From Octopus vulgaris (lineage: Eukaryota): a stretch of DNA of 64,000 nt. Of this stretch, positions 41,385 through 58,275 are shown piece by piece. The notes beneath the pieces were generated by a model. The model ran no database searches and was not told the DNA's origin. It saw nothing but the letters and a program-made list of their open reading frames with translations. Position numbers and translations under genes: made by a program. The stretch is taken from positions 44,330,001-44,394,000 of the forward strand of contig OX597814.1 of assembly GCA_951406725.2 (NCBI GenBank), written 5' to 3'. Within the stretch, counting starts at the first letter, position 1. Every line of letters starts with the position of its first letter.

Positions 41385-42126
41385 TTTTTTTTCAAAAAAA
41401 ATGTTATCAATGGCCAGCATATCAAAAAATACATTTAAAGGTTAAATTTATAAATAACTTATAAAATAAGGGCAAAAGAAAAATTCTAATGCCAAATATG
41501 CCGAAAAAAGACAAAATTGTTAATAACCATTATAATTAATGCGTCTGAAAACAAGCCGATAGAAATTTCTAAAAAATTCGTTATTACCGTACTGGTCCCA
41601 ATTCCAGAGTTAATTCATAAGAATTTTCTCCTCGTCAGCGATAAATACGTAAGACATGAATGAAATACTTACTCATACCCATAGAAAAAGCAAGCACTAA
41701 GTCCTGAGCAGACCTAAGTACCCCAAATATATCCAAAATAGAAAATCTTCGGCAAATTTCGAGCCACGTGTGATTCGAACTAGAAACTTTCACAGAGTGA
41801 GAGAATCCGGAAGTGAACACTAATGTAGGATAATTTTTTTTTCTTTTCGAAAACAAATTTTATCAATGGCCAGCATATCAAAAAATACCTTTAAAGGTTA
41901 AATTTATAAATAACTTATAAAATAAGGGCAAAAGAAAAATGTTAATGCCAAATATGCCGAAAAAAAGACAAAATTGTCAATAACCAATATAATTGATGCG
42001 TCTCGAAACAAGCCGATAGAAATTTCTATAAAATTCGTTATTACCGTACTGGTCCCAATTTCAGAGTTATAAGTTATTTATAAATTTAACCTTTAAAGGT
42101 ATTATTTGATATACTGGCCATTGATA
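41385..42126 (-). mobile_element. Second copy of the 9210-9950 hammerhead element (partial tandem, ~456-bp period, short inverted arm)
   Basis: tatcaatggccagcatatcaaaaaat occurs at 41405 and 41861. 42068-42126 is inverted. Flanked by (TA)n. Confidence 0.75.
41579..41649 (-). ncRNA. Type I hammerhead motif (GAAA>GGAA mutant copy)
   Basis: Minus strand: ttatcg-CTGACGA-ggag...ctct-GGAA-ttgggaccag-TA-cggtaa. The partial copy at 42037-42068 keeps GAAA. Confidence 0.6.
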
Positions 42127-42128
42127 AT

Positions 42129-42228
<100 letters not shown>

Positions 42229-42479
42229 ATATATAAATATATAGATATAGATATGCATATATATTTCTTTATTTGTTTCAGTCATGTAACTGCGGACATG
42301 CTGGAAATCCGCCTTTAATCGAACAAATCGACCCGAGGACTTATTCTTTCTAAGAAATCCTTGTTTTCCAATAATAAAGATTATACCACTATTTCAAATC
42401 ACGTTTTAAATCATTCTATCTCACTTCAGATATTCTTACTTGTAAAATCCGTCGTTTATTTCTTCGCAACTTGTATATA

Positions 42480-42578
<99 letters not shown>

Positions 42579-43008
42579 ATGTGTGTGTATGTGTAGAAGG
42601 TAGACACACAAGTTGATTGATATATATATATATATATATAAGGAAAATAAGACAAGGTAGAAAAGGCTGAAACAATTTTATGAAATACATTTTTCAACTT
42701 AAAGTGATATAAGAAAAACAATTAAATTGGAGAAAAGCAAAACATTCCACTCACCTATTTTTGTTTCTCCAGTTTAACTGTTTATCTTATTTTACCATAA
42801 GTTAAAAAGTCTAAAAGACGGGAACCGGTGCTACAATACCACAGAACACCACATCACATGACATCACACCACCACGCACACACTAGCACTGACCACTTCC
42901 CAGCCACTCATCCACACACCTACACATACACACACGCACACGTCAAACCCATGATAGATCGCTAGCCACTACACCTTTATTTTCTCTCCTTTTTTTCTTT
43001 CTGTGTTC

Positions 43009-43044
43009 CTTTCTGTAGAAGACAGTAGGCTAGAAACGTTAAAG
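43009..43044 (+). ncRNA. Decayed minimal hammerhead-like motif in a short repeat
   Basis: cttt-CTGTAGA-agacagtaggcta-GAAA-cgt-TA-aag. Downstream ttcccgcgcgtt..taatac resembles the sequence after 35507. Confidence 0.3.
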
Positions 43045-43154
43045 ACTTTTTCACTTCCCGCGCGTTAAACTAATACATCTGTTTGTTGTCTACACTACCT
43101 CTCTTCGGCTTTTGCTTTCTTTTGTGAATTCTCCATATATATAGAGAGAGAGAC

Positions 43155-43250
<96 letters not shown>

Positions 43251-43587
43251 GGATAGATTCGGAAACAGAGGAAAGTCCAGTAGAAGGGAAGAAAATCGCC
43301 AACGATTCAAATGTGGTTACATTTTGAAATCACGGGCGACACGGGTGTTCGTGTGTAGCCGAACATATCTTAGATGTTTGGTGATCTGGTCGGCCAATCG
43401 GCGGCCCGTCTGACCTACGTAGAGGTTATTACAGAGAGTACATCTAATGCAATATACGACGGGCAATATACGAAATCTACTCTCATGGCTATAGCCAAAA
43501 ACACTTTTCTGAACCAGGAACCATGTGGTTGGTAAGCAAGCTACTTACTTCACAGCTACCCCGGTGCCTATAAAATATTTATTCTAC

Positions 43588-43659
43588 GGAGGACACCCGG
43601 GATTGAACCAGGGACCTCTCGATCTGCAGTCGAATACTCTACGACTGAGCTTTATCCCC
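43588..43659 (-). tRNA. tRNA-Cys(GCA), probably a pseudogene
   Basis: 72-nt cloverleaf GGGGATA AA GCTC AGTCGTA GAGT A TTCGA CTGCAGA TCGAG AGGTC CCTGG TTCAATC CCGGG TGTCCTC C. Conserved U8 and a D-loop G are substituted. Wedged between SINE fragments. Confidence 0.8.
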
Positions 43660-43663
43660 ACCT

Positions 43664-43823
43664 GCGGAGGAAGGAGTGAAAGAGTACAGCAGGGTATGCC
43701 ACCACCGCCTGCTGGATCCTCGTAGAGCATTAGGAGTTTTCGCTCAATAAACACTCACAATGGCCGATCTGGAAATCGAAACCGCGAGTCCTCTGCCCTA
43801 ACCAGTGGGCCATTGCGCCTCCA
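43664..43823 (-). mobile_element. SINE family C, 5' part
   Basis: Matches 40520-40688 (tggaggcgcaatggcccactggttagggcag). A family B head fragment lies at ~43490-43570. Confidence 0.7.
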
Positions 43824-43888
<65 letters not shown>

Positions 43889-43993
43889 GTATTAGGGGGA
43901 TGCATATATGTCTATATATATGTGTGTGTGTGTGTATTGGATCATATGTTTATTGCCCATACAAATTACAATGATTTAAGTGAACGATATATA

Positions 43994-44122
<129 letters not shown>

Positions 44123-46259
44123 TATAATTCAATTCTTTCGCAATGAAACATTAATAGTAATATGGTATGACAAGTTATCATGAATATGTTACAACGTGAA
44201 TTTCTATAGTCGAAATCAATTAAGATACGTTGAGTTTAATTGTGCTTTCTAAAAGATTATTTGCCGATGCTTATCTTTAGTATTAACACTGAGAAGTAGA
44301 ATATATATGATGTCAATACATAGTGCAAATTGTGCAAATTCTCGATATTTTATGAGCAAACATTTGAAATGACTATATAGAGATTTTTTTTTAAGAGGAC
44401 ATATCGAGAAACTATCATGAAGAAAATCAAATAGATAGAGTATATATTTGCGAGCATATTGTTATGTGCATATTTGTGGTTAGGAGAGAAAGAGCGGTGA
44501 CAACGAGTGTTGTTAATGGGTTTATATGTGTCGAATATAATTCTGAAGAGCAGTGATTAGAATTTAGCTTCGCGTGACAGAGAGAGTGTGAGGGAGAGAA
44601 ATGTAGAAAAGAGCGAGAGATAGTGAAAGAGTAAGAACGGATTCAGTAAGTTTCGAAGAGTAGAAAATTGTTTTTCAGAGCAGTGATGAGTATTTATTGC
44701 TAACCGGTTCCATAAAATAAATACCAGTAATTAAATGGTGCGATTCATCGATTATTATACTGCATTCCCTACCCTATGAATATTGGCCTAGTACCTATAA
44801 AGAAATCAATAGAAACCAATACTATCACGCGCTTTCTCCTTTCTAAGAAACTATAAAGTCGTTTCATTGCTGGTTGTAAAAACGTAAATAAGTAAATAAA
44901 TAAATCTCAGTGCCTACATGAAATTTTGAAGCAGAATTTCGAAAGAAATTTAAAATAGCATACATCATCTAGATGATACAAGGCCAGTAGCATTTCAGTT
45001 CTCATCAGTTCAATGAAGTTGTGACATGAAGATCAGGGAACCACTTGGGGGAAACAAGAATTTCCGATCTGTCACTTCTGTTGATTGTCTTCTCTGATGT
45101 AGAAACACTATAGCGCCATGTCAATACTTAGTTTTCTTACAATCAATGTCTAACCAACTTTACAAACACGTCCACATGTCAACCTCAAAAGAGTATGTGG
45201 ATTTCTACTTTAAAAATTGATTTTTCCCCTTGTTACATTAGTTGAGTGCGTATATGACATATATGATTAGTAATAAATATTGATAGTAAAACAGAAAAAA
45301 AAAAAATAGTGGTATAAAAGTGTATTGAGCAATTGTGTGTAGTGAGCGTCGTGGAATATAAATTGCTGGGAAATTTAAAACCTGCTCCCATGTTTCGATA
45401 CCTCGAATTTTTTTTCTGTACGTTATCAATGCCCTATTGATACTGAATACTCTCCTTAACTACCGTAAGAAATAAATTACACACAAACGACAAATACACA
45501 GACACGCGAATACACAAACAACACACACACATAGATGTGGTGTTACTCTGTCATTCATCTTCTAAAACTTTCTATTTCTTTTTTCCTTCTATTAGCACAT
45601 ACGTATAGTTTATTCTTCCCACTTTTATTGAATTAAAAGTAGAAGTAATTTATGTGCAATGTAAGGTGTATATGGTGAACAAAATATAAATAAATAGACT
45701 CCGATTAAATTTAATTATATTGTATGTAGGGTTCATTTTCTGATCGAAAAGGTGTTATTGTATGTATGTCTCATCAGAAGCCAGGCGAAATTATTCGTTC
45801 TCATTATTGCTAAGGTGAAGCATTCAACAATAGCTTAGAGACGTTACAGGTCCCTGCGGTAGAAAAATAGATATTAGATGTTAGTTACATAGAAACGAAG
45901 CAGAATAACAGTGTTGCAGGCATTTTCGGGCATAGAAACTAAATTTGTTTCTGAATAGGTAAGATTTATGGATTAAATAAATAACTCCCTTCATATATTT
46001 TCGCTGCATTGCATCCTATATATCGATATTTCATGCTACATATTCACAATTGTGATGAACCTTTTACTGAAATTCATTAATGATATAGCTAAGGTCGTCC
46101 ATAAGACCATTATGATGAGCTACAGATATTAAATTGCATCTACGGTTAATAGAAAATTCCTTTTGGAGATCCAGTACAAACAATACTAGATTTTAATTGA
46201 CTTTCATCACCACGTTTTACATCGCAATTAATTATATATTTCTGAAGGGAAAAATCATA

Positions 46260-48452
46260 CAGTATAACACGTGTTTTGCTTATTTGTATTTTTTAATGTT
46301 CATATATGCATTTTTTGCCACTAAATTTAAAAATCACATTCGTTTTGACGTAACATCGATAGTTATATATTTCTTTCTAATTTCATATTTTCTCGTTATA
46401 TTTGTAACTTTTTTCTACAGCACATTGTTGGTTCAATCTATTCTAGTATTGTAAGGATAATTACACAACATTCAGTACTTTTTCATACACTGAAAGTTAT
46501 TTAGGAAGTATAATATTAGTTAGAACAAAAAGAAACAATAAAACTCTGCACTGTAAATGCCTTGATAACTCTTTTCTTAAGATGAGAAGTGCTTTGACGA
46601 TTGAGATTTTCTGGAGTGTACACCTTCATCTCTTCTGACAAGATACCATATATAATCTCCCATCATAGCAGTATCCCATCGTCCTTAGTGTCTTCTTTTC
46701 ATAGTTGCGATGTCCTGATGAAATCTCTCACCATGCTCCTCACTAACATGACATAAAGTTTTCGGGGAAAAATCTAGGCGAGAGTGCAAAAAATGAACCT
46801 TTAAGGACATATGACACCCCATTTTATTGAAGTTTTCAATAAGATTTGTTACCAGCTGTTTGTAATTAGGATGCTTGTGATGTCTTAGGAATCCACGAAC
46901 TACATCACGAAAAGCACAGCAAGTTTCGTTTTCAACTTTTGTCATCGCTCTTTCCAGTTTCTTCGACTTTAACATTGCACTTACTTGGGGCCCAACAAAT
47001 ATGCCAACCTTGATGTTAGCCTCAGATAACTTTGGAAACATAAGACAAATTTCTTGAAAAGCCTCTCCTCTAAAGTATAAAGCCTTCACAAACTGTTTTA
47101 CCAATCCGAGTTTGATATGAAGTGGGGGTAATAAAATTTTGTTGGAATCTACTAGAGGCTGTTTGAGAACATTTAACTTTCCTGTCTGCAGTTCCACTCA
47201 TGGGGGCCAATGTGATCTCTTGTAATAATGATCATCAGCTCTGATGTCCCATAAGCAAAGGAAGCATGAATACTTTGTGTATCCCCCTTGCAAGCCAAAC
47301 GCGAAGGCAAGCATCTTGAAATCACCACAAATATTCCACTTGAACTCAGCGTAATTTATTTTGTCGTGACGTTCTTTGACATTATCGTAATTTACTTTCC
47401 TCTGTATGGAGCGTGCAAGAGGCAAAAAAGGATATTTATTTCTATTGTGGAGTAACACTGCTTTGAGGCTTCGTGTTGAGCTATCTATGAACAGTCGCTA
47501 TTCTGCAGAATTATGCTTGACTCCAATAGCAGTAAACAAACCAATCACATCTTTAAAATAACACAGATCATTAATATTTTCATAGTAAAATTCAAATTCT
47601 TCATGGCATTTCCGGTACACAGATGTCTTGCAGTCTTCTCCCAGTAGATTCCATTCCTTCAATCTTGATGAAAGATGTCCAGCTCCTGACCTAGTAAGAC
47701 CTAGATCCCTGATTAAATCATCTAGCTCACTCTGATTTGGAACGTGAGGCTCCGAAGTCGTTCTTGTTACGAAAGCTTCCTCCATTTCTTGGCTGCTGCT
47801 ACTTGCTGACTCTTCAGATGGAATATTTTCTGGTGGTGGTGGTAGTCGTAAACTGTTATCATGTGGGACAGGTGCTCTGGATGATGGTATGTCTGGATAC
47901 AGAAGAGCTTGTCTTCCTTTCATTTTACTTTTCTTACTTTATCACATCGATCATTCAAAAGTAACAGCCATCATAATGGTTCTTTGGCTCTCTCAATACC
48001 CTTGGAATGGCAAAAGGCATTGTCATTCCTGTACCTCTTAACTATCCTTCTAAATTAGATCGACAGCTTCCACATGTCACATGTGGGGCCCATGATTTAG
48101 AGTCTGTACACTATCCACAATTTGGCAACTTTCACGATCTTATGTAGTACCTGCTTTTTTCCAATATAATAACAATATATAGCAAAATATATCTGGAGAA
48201 TTTTTACATGCTCTAGTAGCCATCCTGAAAGTAGCAGAACTTAGTAATTGGCCTGAAAGAGAAAATTAGACATACATTTAGTAGCGGAACATTATAACAA
48301 TACCGAATATATAATAACATGGAAAGTCGACATATTTTTGAACTGTTGATGATACCCCAAAAATAATTTCGTTTTTGTGATCAGAAGAAAAATTGATTGA
48401 AAAACAATAAAAAATTACAATAAACATTTTTTTGGGGAAAATTGTTACGATG
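46260..48452 (-). mobile_element. Chapaev3-like (CMC superfamily) DNA transposon with disrupted transposase
   Basis: Motifs WAPH..C..C, MPFAIPR, CYF, WNICGDFKM...GLQGGYTKYSCFLCLWD, LLPPLHIKLGLVKQFVKAL, SLKVHFLHS and SEEHGERFHQDI. Imperfect ends cagtataaca / catcgtaaca. Confidence 0.75.
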
Positions 48453-48699
48453 TATAATTGAAATAATTAAGCTATCCTGTTGCTGGGAAAATAACTCAAT
48501 TCAAACATTATGACGACTGAACTATGTAACATCGTGTTAACTGCAGGGGTTAATAAACAATATTCTTAATCAAGAACTAAACCTAGGCAGATGTTTTTGG
48601 ATATTATTGATGATAATCAACTCTTGTCAGTTGAAGGACATAGTACTTTGCCACATAAATGATAATTCTACAGCTCATCATGTATTGGTCTCATCTATA

Positions 48700-49600
48700 C
48701 TTTGTAGGACTTCACCTGCACGAGAAATAATTGGTTTGGATAAGCATCATAAAATATTTTAAGTGGTTACTAAGCATGCTAGAAATAGTAGGTAAGTCCC
48801 CATAAACTTACAACCTAAAGTCTTCATAAGAGAGAAATATTAAATAACACAATTCTACATAACTTGCAATGCTAAAGACTATTGGAATCAGCTGGAAATA
48901 ACCTAGATCTAAGGTTAAAACAAGCGCTAAATCAAACGCTAAAACAATACAGCCAGCAAGTACCCTAAGAAAATTGGAAGTGGCATTATCAGCATATAAA
49001 ATCATCAAACTTGAATCCTTCAAACATATTTTTGCTCTGGAAATTACCAAGTTGCGTCTGACTAGATATTACATACCCGGCTCACCCCTTCTAGGTATCT
49101 TTGATATGTTCTCTCAATTCCTGTAAAATTACATCAATTGCGTTATTCAGTTACTACGATATGTAGGGAATTAAAATATTCTATACAAACTTTCACGGAT
49201 ATCCTCCATGTAACTCCCACCTCATTGCTCCTTGTACATTATGTACATATATCGACAGTCCAGTAAACCAATCCTACTTCAACCGGTTTCTACCAAGTTA
49301 ACCGGCCACCAAATTTATTCTGCAATGCAACTCACTACTCACCTTATAGCCGCATATATCAGTATATGCCATCATATGACTGAACGTAAACTATCATGAA
49401 TGCTAAGCGTGGAAGTATAACCCCTCCTTTACTGAATGACCGAATGGGTCTTTGCACTTACCATCATATAAGTCATAAACCGTCATGATTTGTATGCGTT
49501 GCATCATATAGAAAGTCGCTTCAGCAACGACCCCTTTTTCTAAGAAGTATATCTAACATTCGAACTATGATTATATTGCAGTATGATCACCATAAATTCT
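48700..49600 (-). mobile_element. Very old CR1-group LINE fragment
   Basis: ORF 48808-49050 contains MILYADN (YADD-like) and LSYEDFRL (cf. LSYEERL). Confidence 0.45.
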
Positions 49601-51847
49601 AGACTACATGAGGAAGTATTATTGAAATAGATGGTCGTTTACGAAGATTTTATAGAAATATTTAAAACACATTCACAGAAATATACAAAGGAAACAGCAG
49701 CCACAAGGACGAGACAATCTCCACATCACGCCGCCAGCGTGATTTGCAGCACTACTACCACTAATTCAAGCAACGTACATACTATATACTTCTTCCATTT
49801 TCATTATAAATTTTATTCCTTAATAATTTTGATTCGTCACTTCATTTGCTTAACTCTATTATAGTTCGTTCTTTCTGGCTCGTTCGATCATACACATGAA
49901 GGCAAGGCCTTAAACATTGTCTCCATAATATAGAACCCAGCACTAATTCCAGTTTCCTACTTATGTTGTCAAACTTTATTTAGCAAACCTCTATGTTGCA
50001 AGGTATAATCCTCATGCTGTGGAATAATGGGATCAAGCCCACATCATGTGATTTTGAAGACGACTTCATGAACACAATAAAATATATTCATTGAAAACTG
50101 ATAACTAAACATTGCCAACAATTATGTGACCAGCCAGAATGTATACTCATTGGCTTTTATTTGCACAAAAAGATATAAAAAATAATGATAACACAGCCAT
50201 TATATAAGTTTTATTCAGGCAGTGTAATCATAAAATTATTTTTGGATAAGGCTAAATATTTATTATAAGTATTTTACTCTTAAATGTATTATAAAATTTC
50301 TATCGAAGACATTGCAAAGGTGTACCTTGGATATTGCCTATTATTTAAAAAATCAATCTGAATCAGCATCAGGGCGTCTGACTAAACAAGAAATAAATGG
50401 AATAATACTAGGTTAACATGTACTGTCATTGTCTCTTGTTTAGTGTCAGATCAGGTGTGTGTTTAGATAGATATGTGGTTAAAGATTTTCTAGATATGGG
50501 CATCCGGTTTTTACTTCTCCTCGGGTACTTAAAGATTAAATTATCCAACTTGTCACACCTATTTCATCGGTATGTTGTGATGAGGAATTGCTTGGTAATT
50601 CTATCGAAATGATCGACAACACAGAAGTATAGTATCGTTCATTCGTGCGGGAATATTTCATCTCTTCAGTTCTTACGAGAGAGAAAGCGAGGGAAGAAGG
50701 GAGAATTTAATGACCTACACTTTTGGAGAGTTGCTTTAGTAATTTGAGAGATGATAAGTAAATGCTGTAAATGTCAAAAGTTTCGGCGTCAGTAGAAAGG
50801 TAAGTGGTTTCAGCAGAACTCTTTGAAAGATGACTGAGAATAGTTTTAGATGTAATATTAGAATCTAGCTAAGGAAATCTATAGTTCTGCTTTAACAAGG
50901 TAGGATCAAAACACATGCATAGATCATACATTAGTAAAAGCAATGAGAAGCTTAAAGAATACACACTCATTTCATGTATTAGAAACACACATACTAGGTT
51001 TATATATTAATATATATATATATATATAGTGATACAAACTTATGTGTTTATGCACGCGTTTCGTTCATGTTATTGTACGCGATTGTGAGTATATGAATGC
51101 ATGATAAGTGTATTTATAGGTGCTGATAGATGATGAAAGTGAGGATCTATTATCAAATGTGTAAACATGATCTGTGAGTGTGTGTATGTGTGTGTGCGTG
51201 CGTGTGAAGAGACGTTGTGTGATACCGGAACAAACCGAAAAGATATAAAGTAAATGAAAAAAGGAAACGAAAAGAGGACGAAACGAAGTTGCAATTTTAA
51301 CTTAAAGTCAACTTACAACAAATTAGCAATCGGACATTTTAGTGACACCACGCTATACGCAAAAGCAATAATCATACTTAGTCACCTTGAGACCATTATT
51401 AACGCTAGCCAAACAAACATTTGTCACAAAGGCAAGCTCTTGACTTGCTTTTGTTATCATTTTGCTATCATTTAGCCCAGGCTTACAACAAATCTATATC
51501 GCCGCAGGTAATGACAGTCCATTTTATAAAATTTCTTGACTTTTATCTAAACACCTCGAACCTTAACTAAACACATTCCTCGGATACCTCAAAATTTCAC
51601 CCAAATCTTTAAAAGACTCAAAGATATCTACCTCCACCGTACATAGAAATACCCAAAACCCTTTCAGTATAGAAGTAGTTTCATTCTATACTTCCGTTCC
51701 GGGTCTTCTGGCTGTCCACATCATAACTAATCGCACTGTGTCTCTTAATTGTTTTCTTCTTCCCCTTCTCCTTCTTAAAGGCATGCTGAATGGTAAATCA
51801 CTTCTTCTTTTTTTTCGTCTTCTTCGTCTTCTTTTCTTCTTCTTCTT

Positions 51848-55053
<3,206 letters not shown>

Positions 55054-55143
55054 TTACTTCTTCCTCTTCTACTTCTCTCTTCGATTTCTACTTCTCCTCT
55101 CTTCCCCTTCTTCTCCTCTCTTCCTCGTCTTCTTTTTATATTT

Positions 55144-55176
<33 letters not shown>

Positions 55177-55239
55177 TTCGGCTATCACCAACCTCCACTG
55201 CTTCGGTCTTATACTCTTGAAATAGACATCATACATTCT

Positions 55240-55650
55240 GATGAATAATTCGGGACGTTGCCTGACCTCTCGGTTTGCTACTGCTGCGCGGTAAAATAGT
55301 GATGCAGCTTTCAGTAAGCTGACTACAGTACACAGCTTCATACTTTCACATCTGAATTTACTAGATACTCTGTTCTTAGTCTTCTTGAGTGGAATTTTTG
55401 GAGCGATCATATTCTCTGTAAAAATCATGTAACTATCATTCTGACGAAGTACAAAAGTTTTACTTCATGAATAATTTGGAACATTTGTGTCTTTTAGGAA
55501 GATGTAACAAAATAGTAATTAGTGGGGAAAATGATAAATGTCGTAAATGTCAAATGTATTTGCGTCATTCGAAGGATAAATGGTTTTGGCAGAATTTTTT
55601 TTGTTTAAAAATGACTTCAAATATTTCAAAATATATTGTTAACATCTTGT
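55240..55650 (+). mobile_element. Possible piggyBac-like 3' remnant
   Basis: GRC...KCRKCQMYLRHSKDKWF resembles a decayed C-terminal cysteine-rich domain. Confidence 0.25.
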
Positions 55651-56235
55651 AAAGTAAATTTACAGCACTGTTTTAGAAGGCAGAAATGCGATGACTATAC
55701 GTAATGAAAGTAAAAAAATTCATGTTGCTTTATGTTTTAGAATATCTTTAATAGTACCCACACAAATATTTACATAATATATGCGTGTACGTATATATTC
55801 CTATTATAATATATATGAACATATGCTGACATCCACACGTACATACATACAGACAGACAGACAGACATATAGATAGATAAGTCGATAGATAGATATACAT
55901 ATATATAAAATATAGGAGGAGTTTTCGTCAAGGTGACTCATAGCTATGCACTCAGAGTGCTCAATTTGGTATGTCACTAAAATTTCCGTATGAACTGCAG
56001 TTGAATATGCGATTTCGCGACTATCTTTCTAAAGGGGCTAGAAGTGGCTTCTCTTTGAGCAGGTATGCTTAGATTAAAACAAAAATAGTGACAAATGGTT
56101 TGGCAAGACTTAACAAGGACATTTAATTTAGTTATATAAGTGAATTTAGCTATAAAACTTTAATATATAGCTAAATTAAATATCCTTGTCAAGTCTTCTT
56201 GCCAAACCGTTTAGCTCTTCATTTCTGTCTTACAG

Positions 56236-56321
<86 letters not shown>

Positions 56322-56987
56322 TATATATATTTAGGGTATGAGAGGTATTGGTGCCATCCTATCTCCCACTTATTAGTAAGTGGTATCTCTGCACACTGTG
56401 GATCCATATAATCAAGCAAACGGAAAGAACAACTTATTTGAACCATTCTTCGCTCTTCTTTGAAGATTTCCCACCTTTCGTTGCCTCCCTTTGCTTGTCG
56501 TCTATTTCATACATATATATACATAATTGTGTAGCGGAGTATGTCTCAGAGGTAAATCGAAAAACTTGAGGGAGGTAATACACTCCACTAACATCTAGGA
56601 ATACTGCGCATTTCAATATGCTTAAAAATACAACCATAAAGTTTCAAAATTTAACGTATACATGCTTTCAATGGAGTGCGAGATGACTATTACACAGCTT
56701 TAACGGTTATTTTAGAAATATAGGTGCAACATGGACATAGGTGCACTCGTGACATAATGTGGATGTAAAAATACTTTCATTTTTCTGTTCTTTTATTTAA
56801 AACTATTCGTTGCTCACCTGTCCAGAAAATTCAGTATATTTCCAAATCAATAATAAATTCATTTCTACCTGTCAAAAAGTACATGAACCATTTTTCTACC
56901 TTACCAACTCAGGATCAATATGTGTGTGTGAGTGTGTGCGTGTGTGTGTAGGTGTATGTGAGTGTGTGTACATAATATACACAAGCA

Positions 56988-57023
<36 letters not shown>

Positions 57024-57493
57024 CGCGCACACGTATGTGTATACACATACATATACCTATGTCTGTACGCGCACTCGTCTTCATTTGTATAGTATATGTG
57101 TTTATGTATACCGATGTATACATGTGTACGCCTATTAAAGAGCTAATTTAGCTCTAGTACTTTCTTGTAATCCATTTACTCTGTTCTTGGGTGAAATTAT
57201 TCCCCATTAACACTATTCTATTTTTGTAAGTCTCCCTATTATCATCGATCCATAATTATTATTGTTAAAACATCTACACCGTAGAACAAAAAAGGGAACC
57301 CCTGCCAAATCACTCTTCGGATATATTTTGTATCGGTCTTCTGTTTTTTTTTTTTCTGGTGTTATTTATATACGTACATATCTTATACATTTCCCACTTA
57401 CATCATATGAAAAATGAAAAATTACCAATGATATCTCGCAGCTTATTTTTCTCTTTTGAATTGTTCAACTATTTGTTCTTCTACATAACAGCG

Positions 57494-57530
<37 letters not shown>

Positions 57531-57811
57531 TATGTGTGTGTGTGTGTGCGTGCGTACGTGTGTGTGCATGTGCATATTGATTTGTGTACAGATTTAAATG
57601 TGTGCACGAGACAGAAGTGAATCTCATGCTAATTTCAGTAACCAAGCTACTATATATTTTTTTCATCAGACTAATGCAAGCAAACAGTGGAAATTTAAAT
57701 TTCGAATGTTCCAGATATATAAATTCACACATACACGAAGACGAAGACATACACACACAAATACAGGCATACACACACCCACGCACCTACCTACACTTAT
57801 TTACATAAGTA

Positions 57812-57846
<35 letters not shown>

Positions 57847-57880
57847 TCCTATGTATATATATATACACATATATATAAAA

Positions 57881-57916
<36 letters not shown>

Positions 57917-58151
57917 AATACATAAAATACAGTTATTCTTCTTTTTCTTCATTTTTAGTTGAAAGTACATTTCTATGAAATATATCTTTTCTCACAGTCT
58001 TTGAAGCTATAAAGAGTAACACATGTAGGAAATGTAAGATACAACATATGTACGCTTAAATACACACAGAGACACACATGCACATCCTACACAGAAGTAC
58101 ACTCAAATGTATGCGTATGCGTGGATCTTACATAGTGGTGTATGTATGTAT

Positions 58152-58208
<57 letters not shown>

Positions 58209-58225
58209 GTGGTGTATGTATGTAT

Positions 58226-58275
<50 letters not shown>

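Noticed and set aside
44985-45015. Minus-strand CTGATGA-gaact-GAAA-tgc-TA
   Set aside because: Core words are present, but neither helix I nor helix II can form. Probably chance.
51040-51110. Minus-strand atgaac-GAAA-cgcg half motif
   Set aside because: No recognisable CUGANGA half.
50330-51720. Possible very old PLE RT fragments (also 30570-31200), and hAT-like traces at 21800-23500
   Set aside because: Only isolated 3-4-residue hints. A profile search would be needed.
55238-55450. CTGATGA (55238) and CTGACGA (55441)
   Set aside because: No downstream GAAA-N-UH with compatible helices.
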